64,000 bases of DNA, from the NCBI GenBank assembly GCA_965205015.1, contig OZ242029.1:4704001-4768000 (forward strand), in the 5' to 3' direction. Shown piece after piece: positions 10,158-19,262 of this stretch. This DNA comes from Candidatus Poribacteria bacterium. Its GTDB lineage: Bacteria; Poribacteria; WGA-4E; WGA-3G. Both the position numbers and the translations under genes were made by a program. The notes under the pieces are model-generated. The model did no database searches and was not told the DNA's origin. It worked only from the letters and a program-made list of their open reading frames with translations. The first letter of the stretch is position 1. The number at the start of each line of letters is the position of its first letter.

Positions 10158-12095
10158 GAACGATTTTTCCTACAATTTAAGGGTGGACAGCCCAATAGAT
10201 ACGTCACCTCAAACAGAAGGGGGCAACGAGCCATAGCTGTTAAGAGTCCAACCTATACATTCCTGAAAGAAGCCGGACTGCTCATCAATTCGGGAACTTC
10301 TCGTAGCCTCGTCCTATCTGGAAATATCCACGATCTCTTCTTCGTTCGCGACGGAGATGACCCGGATTATATTCCACTCGTCCCCTTTTTGACGCGCAGC
10401 TGGGACATTCCAGGGTTCATCCTAATCGTTTATGAACTCAATGGACCTATTCGGTTTGCTAAGGAAGCTGAACGCGAAAAAGTTAAGCATGCGTTCAATC
10501 TATGGCGAGGTGCAACTGAGTCAAATCTTGACATAAATGCCAGTACTGGTGCCGCTGATCCAATACAGGCAGTTGTTGAACGCGCGACACCTACCGAAGC
10601 CGACGCATTCGCAGACGCCTCTTTTACACAGTACATGAACGACGCAATCGGCAGTCCGACGTTGGCACTGGAACTTCTACGGCAGTTCTGTCTGCTCTCC
10701 CGCACCACGAACGCGCAAGGTGAAAAACGACTACAGGAAAAATTGATAATCCTGATTGAAGCAACGGACATGTTGCTACCGGAAGGTGAGATTCGGAGTT
10801 TGTCGTTACCGGACAGACACCGCGTCAGCATCGTTCAAGATTGGATCTCGGACTCCAGTTTCATGGAGGGTAACGACACCGTCATCTTTATCACAGAATC
10901 AGCGAGTCTCGTGAACTCTCGGATCACAAGACTGCCCCAGGTCCTCAGCGTCGAAATACCAGCACCGGGAATGGAGGCGCGTCAACATTTCATTTCATGG
11001 TTTAACAACACACCGAAACTGGTGGAAAAACCGTTGAACCTTTGGGGTACACAAACCCAACTCGCGATGCTCACGGCAGGTTTATCCCTCCAAGCCCTGC
11101 GACAGATGCTCCTTTCCGCGCGTTACTCCGGTGAGAGATTACAACCTGCGGCTGTTATCAATAAAGTGTCTGAATTCATCCAAGGTCAGTTAGGTGAAGA
11201 TGTCGTAGAGTTCAAAAAGCCTGCGCACAGTCTCAAGGACATCGTTGGCAACCAAAAATTGGTGGATTTTCTGAAGACGCAATTAATTCCGCGCATCACC
11301 TCAACCGGTCCCGATGCGATCCCTGGAATGAGCGTCTGCGGTCCTATCGGTAGCGGAAAAACGTTCATTTTCGAGGGGCTCGCCGGTGAACTCGACATCC
11401 CTGTACTCGTCCTGAAGAACATCCGGAGCATGTGGTTCGGACAGACAGACATCATCTTTGAACGCCTCCGGCGATTGCTGATGGCTCTTGTGAAGGTGCT
11501 GATCTTCGTTGATGAAGCGGACACCCAATTCGGCGATGTTGGAAGAGACGCACACAGTACAGAACGGCGTTTGACAGGAAAGATACAGGCGATGATGTCG
11601 GATCCGCAACTCCGCGGCAACATCACGTGGCTTCTGATGACCGCTCGGATTTATCACCTTTCTCCCGACCTACGGCGAGAGGGCAGAGTCGGGGATATGG
11701 TCATCCCGGTGCTCGATCCGACAGGTGAAGACCGCGAGGCGTTTCTTCGATGGACGCTTGCCAAAGTCATTCCCGGTCCTCTGCCTGAAGATGCAGTCGA
11801 ACGACTTGTGAAACTGACCGAAGATTATTCTGCGGCGAGTTTCGCATCGCTACGTTCCGATTTGGAAGCCGCCAGTCTCATCAAGAAAGATAAACTGACG
11901 CTTGATGAAATCATCGCTGTTGCGGAAGACCGCATCCTACCGAACATCGGTCCGATTCGACGCTATCAAACCTTACAAGCACTCGTCAATTGCACGCGTA
12001 AATCGCTGCTGCCGGGGAAATATTCTCCAGAAATCCGAGAGTCATGGGTCAAACAAATTGCTCAACTTGAAGCGATAGGTGTTAGAGATCGATAA
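10122..12095 (+). CDS. AAA+ ATPase with degenerate N-terminal AAA-like module; true start uncertain (possibly ATA 10233)
   Basis: Walker A GPIGSGKT, pore loop SMWFGQT, Walker B LIFVDEAD, SRH DLRREGR; N-terminal LVLSGNIHD and LIILIEATD degenerate motifs. Confidence 0.85.
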   Translation: MRLESGDESPHYERFFLQFKGGQPNRYVTSNRRGQRAIAVKSPTYTFLKEAGLLINSGTSRSLVLSGNIHDLFFVRDGDDPDYIPLVPFLTRSWDIPGFILIVYELNGPIRFAKEAEREKVKHAFNLWRGATESNLDINASTGAADPIQAVVERATPTEADAFADASFTQYMNDAIGSPTLALELLRQFCLLSRTTNAQGEKRLQEKLIILIEATDMLLPEGEIRSLSLPDRHRVSIVQDWISDSSFMEGNDTVIFITESASLVNSRITRLPQVLSVEIPAPGMEARQHFISWFNNTPKLVEKPLNLWGTQTQLAMLTAGLSLQALRQMLLSARYSGERLQPAAVINKVSEFIQGQLGEDVVEFKKPAHSLKDIVGNQKLVDFLKTQLIPRITSTGPDAIPGMSVCGPIGSGKTFIFEGLAGELDIPVLVLKNIRSMWFGQTDIIFERLRRLLMALVKVLIFVDEADTQFGDVGRDAHSTERRLTGKIQAMMSDPQLRGNITWLLMTARIYHLSPDLRREGRVGDMVIPVLDPTGEDREAFLRWTLAKVIPGPLPEDAVERLVKLTEDYSAASFASLRSDLEAASLIKKDKLTLDEIIAVAEDRILPNIGPIRRYQTLQALVNCTRKSLLPGKYSPEIRESWVKQIAQLEAIGVRDR

Positions 12096-13227
12096 CCTCT
12101 CCGGTCGCCGCCGAACGATACCCTGCACAGATAATTTCCACGGAGTGTGCTGCAAATTCGGCGTTCATTTCGCTCTCTACACCGTTTTCAATACAATCGA
12201 CAAACGCACCGAATTCACGGGCACTATCGTCATCACTCCCGACATCTATCCACTGCTGCTTCGGGGGCATCTTAATCTCTGCTTGCGTGCTACTCCACAT
12301 CCCCATCGGATCGAGCGGATGCGGTGAAGGTGGTTCAAACGCCGGTTCAGCCGCGAAAACCTCCAAACGGTTCGCTGACGCATCAAAGGTCAGACTCCCT
12401 TCGGTACCGACGAGCTGCACCTTTCGGACACCCCCTTGGGCATGACTCTGCCACCCATAGCGTCCCCCAGCAATCGTCGCTGTAATTCCATCCTCCAACG
12501 TCAGGACCAAAGCACCGAAGTCCTCAACATCGCAGCCGAGATGTTCCTTAAAGAAATAGTTCGCCGTTCCACCGAACACACGCTGCACCCGTTTCTGGGT
12601 CAACCAATTCACCATGGATACCGCATAAACGCCGACATCGAACATTTCAGGTTTCGCTTCCACAAAACTGTAGCGTTCGCGATCGGATTTTTCGATCCTT
12701 TTTTGCCCAACAGGGGCGCTACCCGGATGTCCCTTGGAGAACAGGACATCACAATGGACTGCCCGAAGTTCGCCGATGCTCCCACTTGTCAACGCTTGCT
12801 GGACAGTGCGTGCCCATGCGCTGTGAATGTTGCTGAACATCTGGCTCCGCACCCCACTTTTGGCAACTGCTGCAACGATCTGTTCCGCATCTTCCGGAGT
12901 GAATGCCATCGGCTTATCAAGATAGACGTGTTTTCCGGCTTCCGCACATTTCGCGCCGATACGCCCGCGCCGTTCCACGTCTGTACAGAGACTCACGATA
13001 TGCACATCCTCGCGTGCCAGTGCCGTGTCAAGGTCAGGAATGAACGGCAAATCCAAAGACTCAGCAAGCGAACGTCCCAACGTAATCCGCTCTGGGGGTG
13101 CGTCCGGTTCATCAGCGAACGCTACCAACCGACAGCGTGCATCCTGCGCAAAACTCGATGCGTAATTCTCTTGATGTGTGCGATTCCCACCGAGTAGGAG
13201 AACCCCATATTTTCCATTCTGCTGCAT
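12082..13227 (-). CDS. Gfo/Idh/MocA family oxidoreductase
   Basis: AGKHVYLDKPMA, GSIGELRAV, MFDVGVYAV. Confidence 0.85.
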   Translation of the reverse strand: MQQNGKYGVLLLGGNRTHQENYASSFAQDARCRLVAFADEPDAPPERITLGRSLAESLDLPFIPDLDTALAREDVHIVSLCTDVERRGRIGAKCAEAGKHVYLDKPMAFTPEDAEQIVAAVAKSGVRSQMFSNIHSAWARTVQQALTSGSIGELRAVHCDVLFSKGHPGSAPVGQKRIEKSDRERYSFVEAKPEMFDVGVYAVSMVNWLTQKRVQRVFGGTANYFFKEHLGCDVEDFGALVLTLEDGITATIAGGRYGWQSHAQGGVRKVQLVGTEGSLTFDASANRLEVFAAEPAFEPPSPHPLDPMGMWSSTQAEIKMPPKQQWIDVGSDDDSAREFGAFVDCIENGVESEMNAEFAAHSVEIICAGYRSAATGEVIDL

Positions 13228-13229
13228 GT

Positions 13230-13673
13230 TTAAGCCTCCAACGTAATAGGTTGACCGCTCTCAAGCGATTGCGCGATAGCCTCTGTCAATTCACCTGTGG
13301 CACCTAATTGCGGCGATGTCGCGTTCAGGTAGTGCCTGCCGACCGGCGTTTCATGATAGATAACACCTTTGTTGCCAACCAACATGATGTCAATCGCCGT
13401 CTCAACTTCGACCCGATTGACACTCAACAGTGCCATCTGTCCTCCCACATAGTGAACCATTACCGTAACCTGTGTTGCGCCTGCATCTCCTTGCGCATAG
13501 ACGCACGCTGGCGATGCGGGCATCCATCCGTTCGCGAGTGCTGCCATCTCTGACACCGGTGATAGCAAATTCGAGGCATCACCCGCCACATGCAAGACGC
13601 ACCGCAGGAACACTGGACGCCCAATCCGTTCCTTCTCAAGCACAGACTGAACCGATTGTTTTAACAATTCCAT
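13230..13673 (-). CDS. Hypothetical protein resembling an isolated Gfo/Idh/MocA C-terminal domain
   Basis: ERIGRPVFLR, PACVYAQG, MLVGNKGVIY, AIAQSLESGQPITL; AGAAAGGAG RBS; no Rossmann fold. Confidence 0.6.
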   Translation of the reverse strand: MELLKQSVQSVLEKERIGRPVFLRCVLHVAGDASNLLSPVSEMAALANGWMPASPACVYAQGDAGATQVTVMVHYVGGQMALLSVNRVEVETAIDIMLVGNKGVIYHETPVGRHYLNATSPQLGATGELTEAIAQSLESGQPITLEA

Positions 13674-13709
13674 ATCTTCTCCTTTCTAAATAAGGTAAGC
13701 TAAAAATTA

Positions 13710-13739
13710 TTGACGAATCCGCGGACATTATGCTATAGT
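13710..13739 (+). promoter_or_regulatory. Sigma70-like promoter
   Basis: TTGACG, 18 nt spacer, TATAGT with extended TG. Confidence 0.5.
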
Positions 13740-13746
13740 GTGTATG

Positions 13747-13797
13747 ATTATCGGTTATCAGTTACAAGAGGATTCTGTTAGACGCAAACCTCTTAAC
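13747..13797. repeat. Heptamer-arm hairpin repeat
   Basis: attatcg gttatca gttacaagagg ... aacctcttaac. Confidence 0.65.
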
Positions 13798-13894
13798 TCT
13801 ACACAAGCCTATAGAGGTTTGCGGGACAATGCGAGGCAAACCGACAGGGTCTTCGTAGAAAACCCGAAGCGACACCTATAAATGGAGGAAAACA

Positions 13895-14260
13895 ATGCCC
13901 CTGAAAACCCTTGAACAACTCGTTGCCGAAGCGAAAGCAAACGTTGGACACATTTCACCCACCGAACTTACAGAAACTACGGAGTCAATCATCCTCTTAG
14001 ATGTCCGAGACGAACCCGACTACGATAAAGAACATCTACCGGAAGCGGTTTCTCTACCACGCGGCTATCTTGAACTCGATATTGATGAGATCGCCCCTGA
14101 CGCAGACACACACATCGTCACGTATTGCGGCGGCGGCACCCGTGCAACGCTCTCCGCACATACCCTAAAAAACATGGGCTATGAAAATGTCTCTGTGCTA
14201 ACGGGCGGTTTCCGCGGTTGGAAAACCGAAGGACTCCCAACCGAAGAATCCGATGAATAA
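13895..14260 (+). CDS. Rhodanese-like sulfurtransferase
   Basis: LLDVRDEPDY, active-site loop YCGGGTRA, LTGGFRGW. Confidence 0.9.
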   Translation: MPLKTLEQLVAEAKANVGHISPTELTETTESIILLDVRDEPDYDKEHLPEAVSLPRGYLELDIDEIAPDADTHIVTYCGGGTRATLSAHTLKNMGYENVSVLTGGFRGWKTEGLPTEESDE

Positions 14261-14324
14261 GCCCATCTATGCACATAGATTAACATAGATAACAGACCTT
14301 GTCAACATCTCGGTATGGAGCAAA

Positions 14325-14410
14325 TTTTTAATTATACCTTGCGAGGGAACAACATTGGTTCAGAGTTTGGCGTGTTTTTTTAAGAGTCGCTTTCCACTTC
14401 GTTCCAGGCT
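14325..14410 (+). repeat. Dispersed TTTTTAATTwTACCTTGCG...CAGGCT element (diverged copy)
   Basis: Same ends as the copies at 24318 and 32340. Confidence 0.55.
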
Positions 14411-14441
14411 TGGTTTTTGATGTTACACTGTATAGATCCCA

Positions 14442-15482
14442 ATGGAGAAAAATATGCGTAACAGATACATCCTCTTAGTACTGATACTCCTCGCGCTCTT
14501 CATCGGCGATAGCGATGGACAGAAGAAACAACTCAACGTCTTTACATGGGCGGGTTACGTCAGTGATGACATCCGCGAGGGATTTGAAAAGGAATATGGG
14601 GTGAATGTCCTCATTGATACATACGCCAGCAACGAGGATCTCCTTGCGAAGTTGTTAGCAGGCGCGACAGGCTACGACATCATCATGCCGTCCGACTATA
14701 TGGTGTCAATCTTAATCAAACAGAACCTGTTAGCTGAACTGAATCGCGACAACATCCCCAACTTCCAGAATATCAGTCCACTGTTCCTCGGCAAATACTT
14801 CGATGCCGAAAACCGATACTCTATCCCCTACACATTCGGCACTGCAGGTATCGCCTACGATTCGTCCGTCGTTACGCCAGCTCCCGACAGTTGGACAGTG
14901 CTTTGGGACGCGCAATATAAGAACCAATTCAGCATGTTAGACGACCAACGCGAGACCATCGGTGCGGCACTTAAACTGCTCGGATACAGCCTCAACACCA
15001 CCGATCCAAATGAAATTAAAGCGGCGAAAGAGAAGTTAATTGCGCAAAAACCGCTCGTGAAGCAATATAAAAGCGAGGCGGAAGAACTCCTTATCGCTGG
15101 GGATGTCGTCATGGCGCACTGCTGGAGTGGCGATGCGTTCCGAGCAACTGAGACCCGTCCAACAATTCGGTACGTTATACCCAAAGAAGGATCCAGCCAG
15201 TTTATAGATGCCGTCTGCATTCCGAAATCGGCACCACATAAGGCACTCGCTGCACAATTTATCAATTACCTGCTTCGTCCTGAAGTCAATGCCAAGATTA
15301 CGGCTTTCACAAAATACGGCACCTGTGTGCCGACAGCGAAAGAATACTTACCGGAACATCTGCGAGAACACAAATTTATCTATCCGCCGGCAGAGATTTT
15401 GGAATCCCTTGAGTGGCTGAAAGATCCGGGGGATTTCACGAGGCACTACAACCGCGCATGGGAAGAAATTAAGGCAAAATAA
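14442..15482 (+). CDS. potD: Spermidine/putrescine ABC transporter substrate-binding protein
   Basis: FTWAGY, YASNEDL, YDIIMPSDY, WSGDA, PKEG, FINYLLRPE. Confidence 0.85.
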   Translation: MEKNMRNRYILLVLILLALFIGDSDGQKKQLNVFTWAGYVSDDIREGFEKEYGVNVLIDTYASNEDLLAKLLAGATGYDIIMPSDYMVSILIKQNLLAELNRDNIPNFQNISPLFLGKYFDAENRYSIPYTFGTAGIAYDSSVVTPAPDSWTVLWDAQYKNQFSMLDDQRETIGAALKLLGYSLNTTDPNEIKAAKEKLIAQKPLVKQYKSEAEELLIAGDVVMAHCWSGDAFRATETRPTIRYVIPKEGSSQFIDAVCIPKSAPHKALAAQFINYLLRPEVNAKITAFTKYGTCVPTAKEYLPEHLREHKFIYPPAEILESLEWLKDPGDFTRHYNRAWEEIKAK

Positions 15483-15549
15483 AGTCGCATCTCTTTCTCT
15501 TCCCGCACACGACTCACACCCTATTTGTGTTGACCAGGAGGAAATAACG

Positions 15550-16629
15550 ATGTTCAAAACGCTTCAACACCTACGATGGATTATTGTTGGTTTAACTGCT
15601 GTTGTTCTATTCCATGTAACTATAGAAAACAGTGTTGCAAAAAAATGGGAGGTCGTCTCTCAACTTCCAACAGGGAGATCGGCATTCTCGACCGCAGTTG
15701 TTGACGGTAAAATCTATCTCATCGGCGGTACCCTCCTTGAAAACGAGAGCAGTGGTCCTTTTGGGCTTTCAACAGTAGAAGTCTACAACCCGCACAACAA
15801 GAGTTGGAAAAAAGTTGCCGATATGCCAACGCCTCGATCCAATGCAGAAGCAGCAGTCGTGGACGGAAAAATCTATGTCGTCGGTGGACTCGCTGCAACA
15901 GACAGACGCATGGAAAGCACTAAGATTCTGAAAGTCGTTGAAGTCTACGACCCCCAAACCGACACATGGGAAAGAAAACAGGATATGTCCCAGCCGCGTC
16001 TTTCGTTTGGTATAGGTGTGGTTGGAAGGAAAATATATGTCATGGGTGGAGCGAATTTCTTTGAGAATCAGTGGCGACTTGATCATGTGGAAGTCTATGA
16101 TCCCGATGCTGATGTCTGGCACAACCGTCCAAGTTTACTCACGCGGCGCGATGGTTTTGAGACAGCAGTCGTTGAAGATAGTATTTATGTTATTGGCGGG
16201 CGCGGATGGCCATCAATCGCCCAAAACGGCCCGTATCTTGCGACCATTGATGTCTATGAACCCGGAAATAGGTGGCGGAAGAAAACCGATCTGCCAAGCC
16301 TTAGATACGGCTTTTCGTCAGTTGTCGTTGCGGACGAAATCTATCTCATCGGCGGGCTCGAAGGTGCGGCTTTCGATCAACATGTGAAGACGGTAGAATC
16401 CTACCATGCCAAAGCTGGGATATGGAGGATAAGGAAGCCAATGCCAATCGGAAATACCCCGTTTGGGGTAGCGACAGTCAACCAGAAAATTTATATCCTT
16501 GGTAGTGAAAGAGAAGGCGGAGAATTTTCTCTGGATGTTGAGGTATTTAAAGTTGTTGGCGTCAGAGCAACCGACAAATTGCCGGTGCGTTGGGGTGAAC
16601 TTAAAGCACAAGATGTATCGCGACCTTAA
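15550..16629 (+). CDS. Secreted Kelch-repeat protein with C-terminal KLxxxWGxLK tag
   Basis: Six GKIYxxGG...VEVYDP...W repeats; signal peptide; ends DKLPVRWGELK. Confidence 0.9.
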   Translation: MFKTLQHLRWIIVGLTAVVLFHVTIENSVAKKWEVVSQLPTGRSAFSTAVVDGKIYLIGGTLLENESSGPFGLSTVEVYNPHNKSWKKVADMPTPRSNAEAAVVDGKIYVVGGLAATDRRMESTKILKVVEVYDPQTDTWERKQDMSQPRLSFGIGVVGRKIYVMGGANFFENQWRLDHVEVYDPDADVWHNRPSLLTRRDGFETAVVEDSIYVIGGRGWPSIAQNGPYLATIDVYEPGNRWRKKTDLPSLRYGFSSVVVADEIYLIGGLEGAAFDQHVKTVESYHAKAGIWRIRKPMPIGNTPFGVATVNQKIYILGSEREGGEFSLDVEVFKVVGVRATDKLPVRWGELKAQDVSRP

Positions 16630-16650
16630 CGTTATATTTTTCAAAGATTT

Positions 16651-16672
16651 GTAGTCGTGCGATTCATCGCGT
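16651..16672. repeat. REP-like palindrome
   Basis: GTAGTCGTGCGATTCATCGCGT, similar to the 10106 element. Confidence 0.55.
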
Positions 16673-16729
16673 GTCTGGCTGAGGACATCAAGAACCCATT
16701 ATATAAATCCGAAAAGGAGGAAAAATTAA

Positions 16730-18127
16730 TTGAGCAGACCTAATATCCTATTCATCATGTCCGACGACCACGCTTCGCACGCTATCAGCAGTTACGGGAG
16801 TCGGATCAACCAAACCCCGAACCTTGATCGTATCGCAGACGGCGGCATGATTCTCCAGAACTGTTTCTGTGTCAACTCTATATGCACACCGAGTCGTGCG
16901 AACATTTTGACCGGCAAACACAGCCATCTCAACGGTGTCAAGACGCTATCAGACCCCCTTGACGGTAGGATGCCGAACGTCGCAAAGATGCTCCAAGCGG
17001 ACGGCTATCAGACGGCAATGGTCGGCAAATGGCATCTCGGTCACGGCGGTAACGCAGATCCGACAGGTTTCGACTACTGGAACGTCTTACCCGGACAAGG
17101 ACTCTATCACGATCCTGTAATGCTCGAACCCGATGGTGAGAAAACCCATAAAGGCTATACCACCGACATCATCACCGATTTCTCATTGGAATGGCTACAG
17201 AATCGGGACACGGAGAGACCGTTCTTTATGATGTGTCACCATAAGGCACCCCACCGTCCGTGGGACTCCGATGAAAAACATGCACACATGTTCGAGGATG
17301 AAGATGTCCCGATGCCGGACAATTTTTTCGACGATTATGCGAACCGTTCAAACGCCGCAAAGGAAGCGAAAATGCGTGTCTTCGGTCACATGAGCGAAAG
17401 AGACCTCAAGATTGACACACTCGGTCCGCCACCAGAGGGATTGTCGGAGAAGGAGTTGGCAAACTGGCAGTACCAACGCTATATTAAGGAATATCTCCGC
17501 TGCGTCGCCTCAATCGACGATAATGTCGGACGGATGCTCGACTATCTCGATGAAGAAGGCATTGCAGAGGACACGCTCGTCATCTATACCTCCGATCAAG
17601 GTTTCTTCCTCGGCGACCACGGCTGGTATGACAAGCGGTTCATGTACGAAGAATCCTTGCGGATGCCGTTTCTCGTCCGCTACCCGCGCGAGATCCAACC
17701 CGGCAGTTCCTGCGACGCTATGGCACTGAATATAGATTTCGCAGAGACCTGGCTCGACTATGCAGGATTGCCAATTCCAGAGGATATGCAGGGAACGAGT
17801 ATGCGACCCCTTCTCAATGGCGAAACACCCGACGATTGGCGGACTTCAATGTACTATCGTTACTGGATGCACCTCACACACCACTATGTCCCGGCACACT
17901 ACGGCATCCGAACGCATCGTTATAAACTCATCTATTACTACGGTGAAGCACTCGGCACGACGGGTTCGATTGATGAACCGAAAGAACCCGAATGGGAACT
18001 CTTCGATCTTGAGAAAGATCCAGATGAGATGTGCAGCGTCTACGACGATCCGGCGTATGCCAACATCGTCACTGAATTGACTGCCGAATTGCATCGACTC
18101 AAAGCAGAAGCAGGAGACGAAGAATAG
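16730..18127 (+). CDS. Cys-type (S1) sulfatase
   Basis: PNILFIMSDDH, CTPSRA, GKWHLG, SDQG, DKRFMYE; TTG start with AGGAGG RBS. Confidence 0.95.
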   Translation: MSRPNILFIMSDDHASHAISSYGSRINQTPNLDRIADGGMILQNCFCVNSICTPSRANILTGKHSHLNGVKTLSDPLDGRMPNVAKMLQADGYQTAMVGKWHLGHGGNADPTGFDYWNVLPGQGLYHDPVMLEPDGEKTHKGYTTDIITDFSLEWLQNRDTERPFFMMCHHKAPHRPWDSDEKHAHMFEDEDVPMPDNFFDDYANRSNAAKEAKMRVFGHMSERDLKIDTLGPPPEGLSEKELANWQYQRYIKEYLRCVASIDDNVGRMLDYLDEEGIAEDTLVIYTSDQGFFLGDHGWYDKRFMYEESLRMPFLVRYPREIQPGSSCDAMALNIDFAETWLDYAGLPIPEDMQGTSMRPLLNGETPDDWRTSMYYRYWMHLTHHYVPAHYGIRTHRYKLIYYYGEALGTTGSIDEPKEPEWELFDLEKDPDEMCSVYDDPAYANIVTELTAELHRLKAEAGDEE

Positions 18128-18242
18128 CAGTCTACTGTCGGTTACACGTTGTGGCGGTTGCGAAAGTTCTGTCTGCTACAAAGAGATATTGACTGACCGC
18201 TGACTGCCGATGGCTGATTGCCACAAAAAATGGAGGCAGAAA

Positions 18243-19262
18243 ATGGCAACTCAAACCCCCTTAAGCAAAATTGAACCCGGCATGAAAGTTACGGCACAGA
18301 TGTCGCCGGAACCGAGCGCAGCAGATTTGCAGCTTGCCAAGCAGATGGACGTCGAATATGTCGTCCTCTGGACAAACGGGGAAAATGCAAATTACGACTA
18401 TTTTATGAGCCGTCGCGAGATCTTCGAGAACGCAGGACTCAAAATCTACGGGTTCGGCAACAGCGATGTCCACAATCAGGACGGGATTGTGCTGAACTTA
18501 GAGAACCGCGACGCGAAGATCGAACAGTATAAAAGGTACATCCGCGATCTCGGTAGAGCAGGGATTCCGTATACAACCTATGCGCACATGGGCAACGGTA
18601 TCTGGAGCACCGAACGTGAGACGACCCGTGGTGGTTCAAGCGCACGGGCATTTAACCTCGATGCCGCACAGGAAGGACATTGGGGCGGCAAACTGTACCC
18701 AATGCCGCTCTCTCATGGACGCGAATTCAGTGAAGATGAACTCTGGGACAATTATACCTATTTCATTAAACAAGCCGCACCCGTAGCGGAGGAAGCAGGC
18801 GTGATGATCGGTATCCACCCCGACGACCCACCCGCGGTGCATCTTGCTGGAATCCCGAGATGTATCTTCAGCAGTTTTGAAGGCTATAAACGTGCCCTTG
18901 AAATCGCCGATAGCCCGAATGTCGGTATGTGTTTCTGCGTGGGATGCTGGCTGGAGGGCGGCGAATTAATGGGCAAAGATGTCATTGAATCCATCCGCTA
19001 CTTCGGCGAACGGAACAAAATCTTCAAAGTCCATTTCCGCAATGTCGATCAACCGCTTCCGCATTTCGTTGAGACCTTCGTTGACAACGGCTATCAGGAT
19101 ATGTACCAGGTCGCAAAAGTTCTCCGAGAGGTCAACTTCAACGGTGTGCTGATCCCCGATCATATTCCACAAATGGGCGATGACGGTCGCGTCGGCACAG
19201 CATATACGATCGCCTACATGAATGCACTCGTGAAACGAGCGAATGAGGAGGTCGCCGCGTGA
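18243..19262 (+). CDS. Mannonate dehydratase (UxuA) family protein
   Basis: LWDNYTYFIK, IHPDDPP, VHFRNV, IPDHIP; GGAGG RBS before ATG 18243. Confidence 0.8.
   Translation: MATQTPLSKIEPGMKVTAQMSPEPSAADLQLAKQMDVEYVVLWTNGENANYDYFMSRREIFENAGLKIYGFGNSDVHNQDGIVLNLENRDAKIEQYKRYIRDLGRAGIPYTTYAHMGNGIWSTERETTRGGSSARAFNLDAAQEGHWGGKLYPMPLSHGREFSEDELWDNYTYFIKQAAPVAEEAGVMIGIHPDDPPAVHLAGIPRCIFSSFEGYKRALEIADSPNVGMCFCVGCWLEGGELMGKDVIESIRYFGERNKIFKVHFRNVDQPLPHFVETFVDNGYQDMYQVAKVLREVNFNGVLIPDHIPQMGDDGRVGTAYTIAYMNALVKRANEEVAA

Noticed and set aside
12436-13197. 253-aa plus-strand ORF
   Set aside because: Lies entirely antisense to the Gfo/Idh/MocA gene and shows no domain features.
13803-13880. GGTTTGC...GCAAACC hairpin as a c-di-GMP riboswitch
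   Set aside because: Lacks the GNRA-loop and receptor arrangement; better explained as part of the adjacent repeat region.
14442-15482. Orphan potD (and orphan ecfT at 32561) as a novel system
   Set aside because: Partner subunits may simply be encoded elsewhere; scattered operons appear normal in this window.
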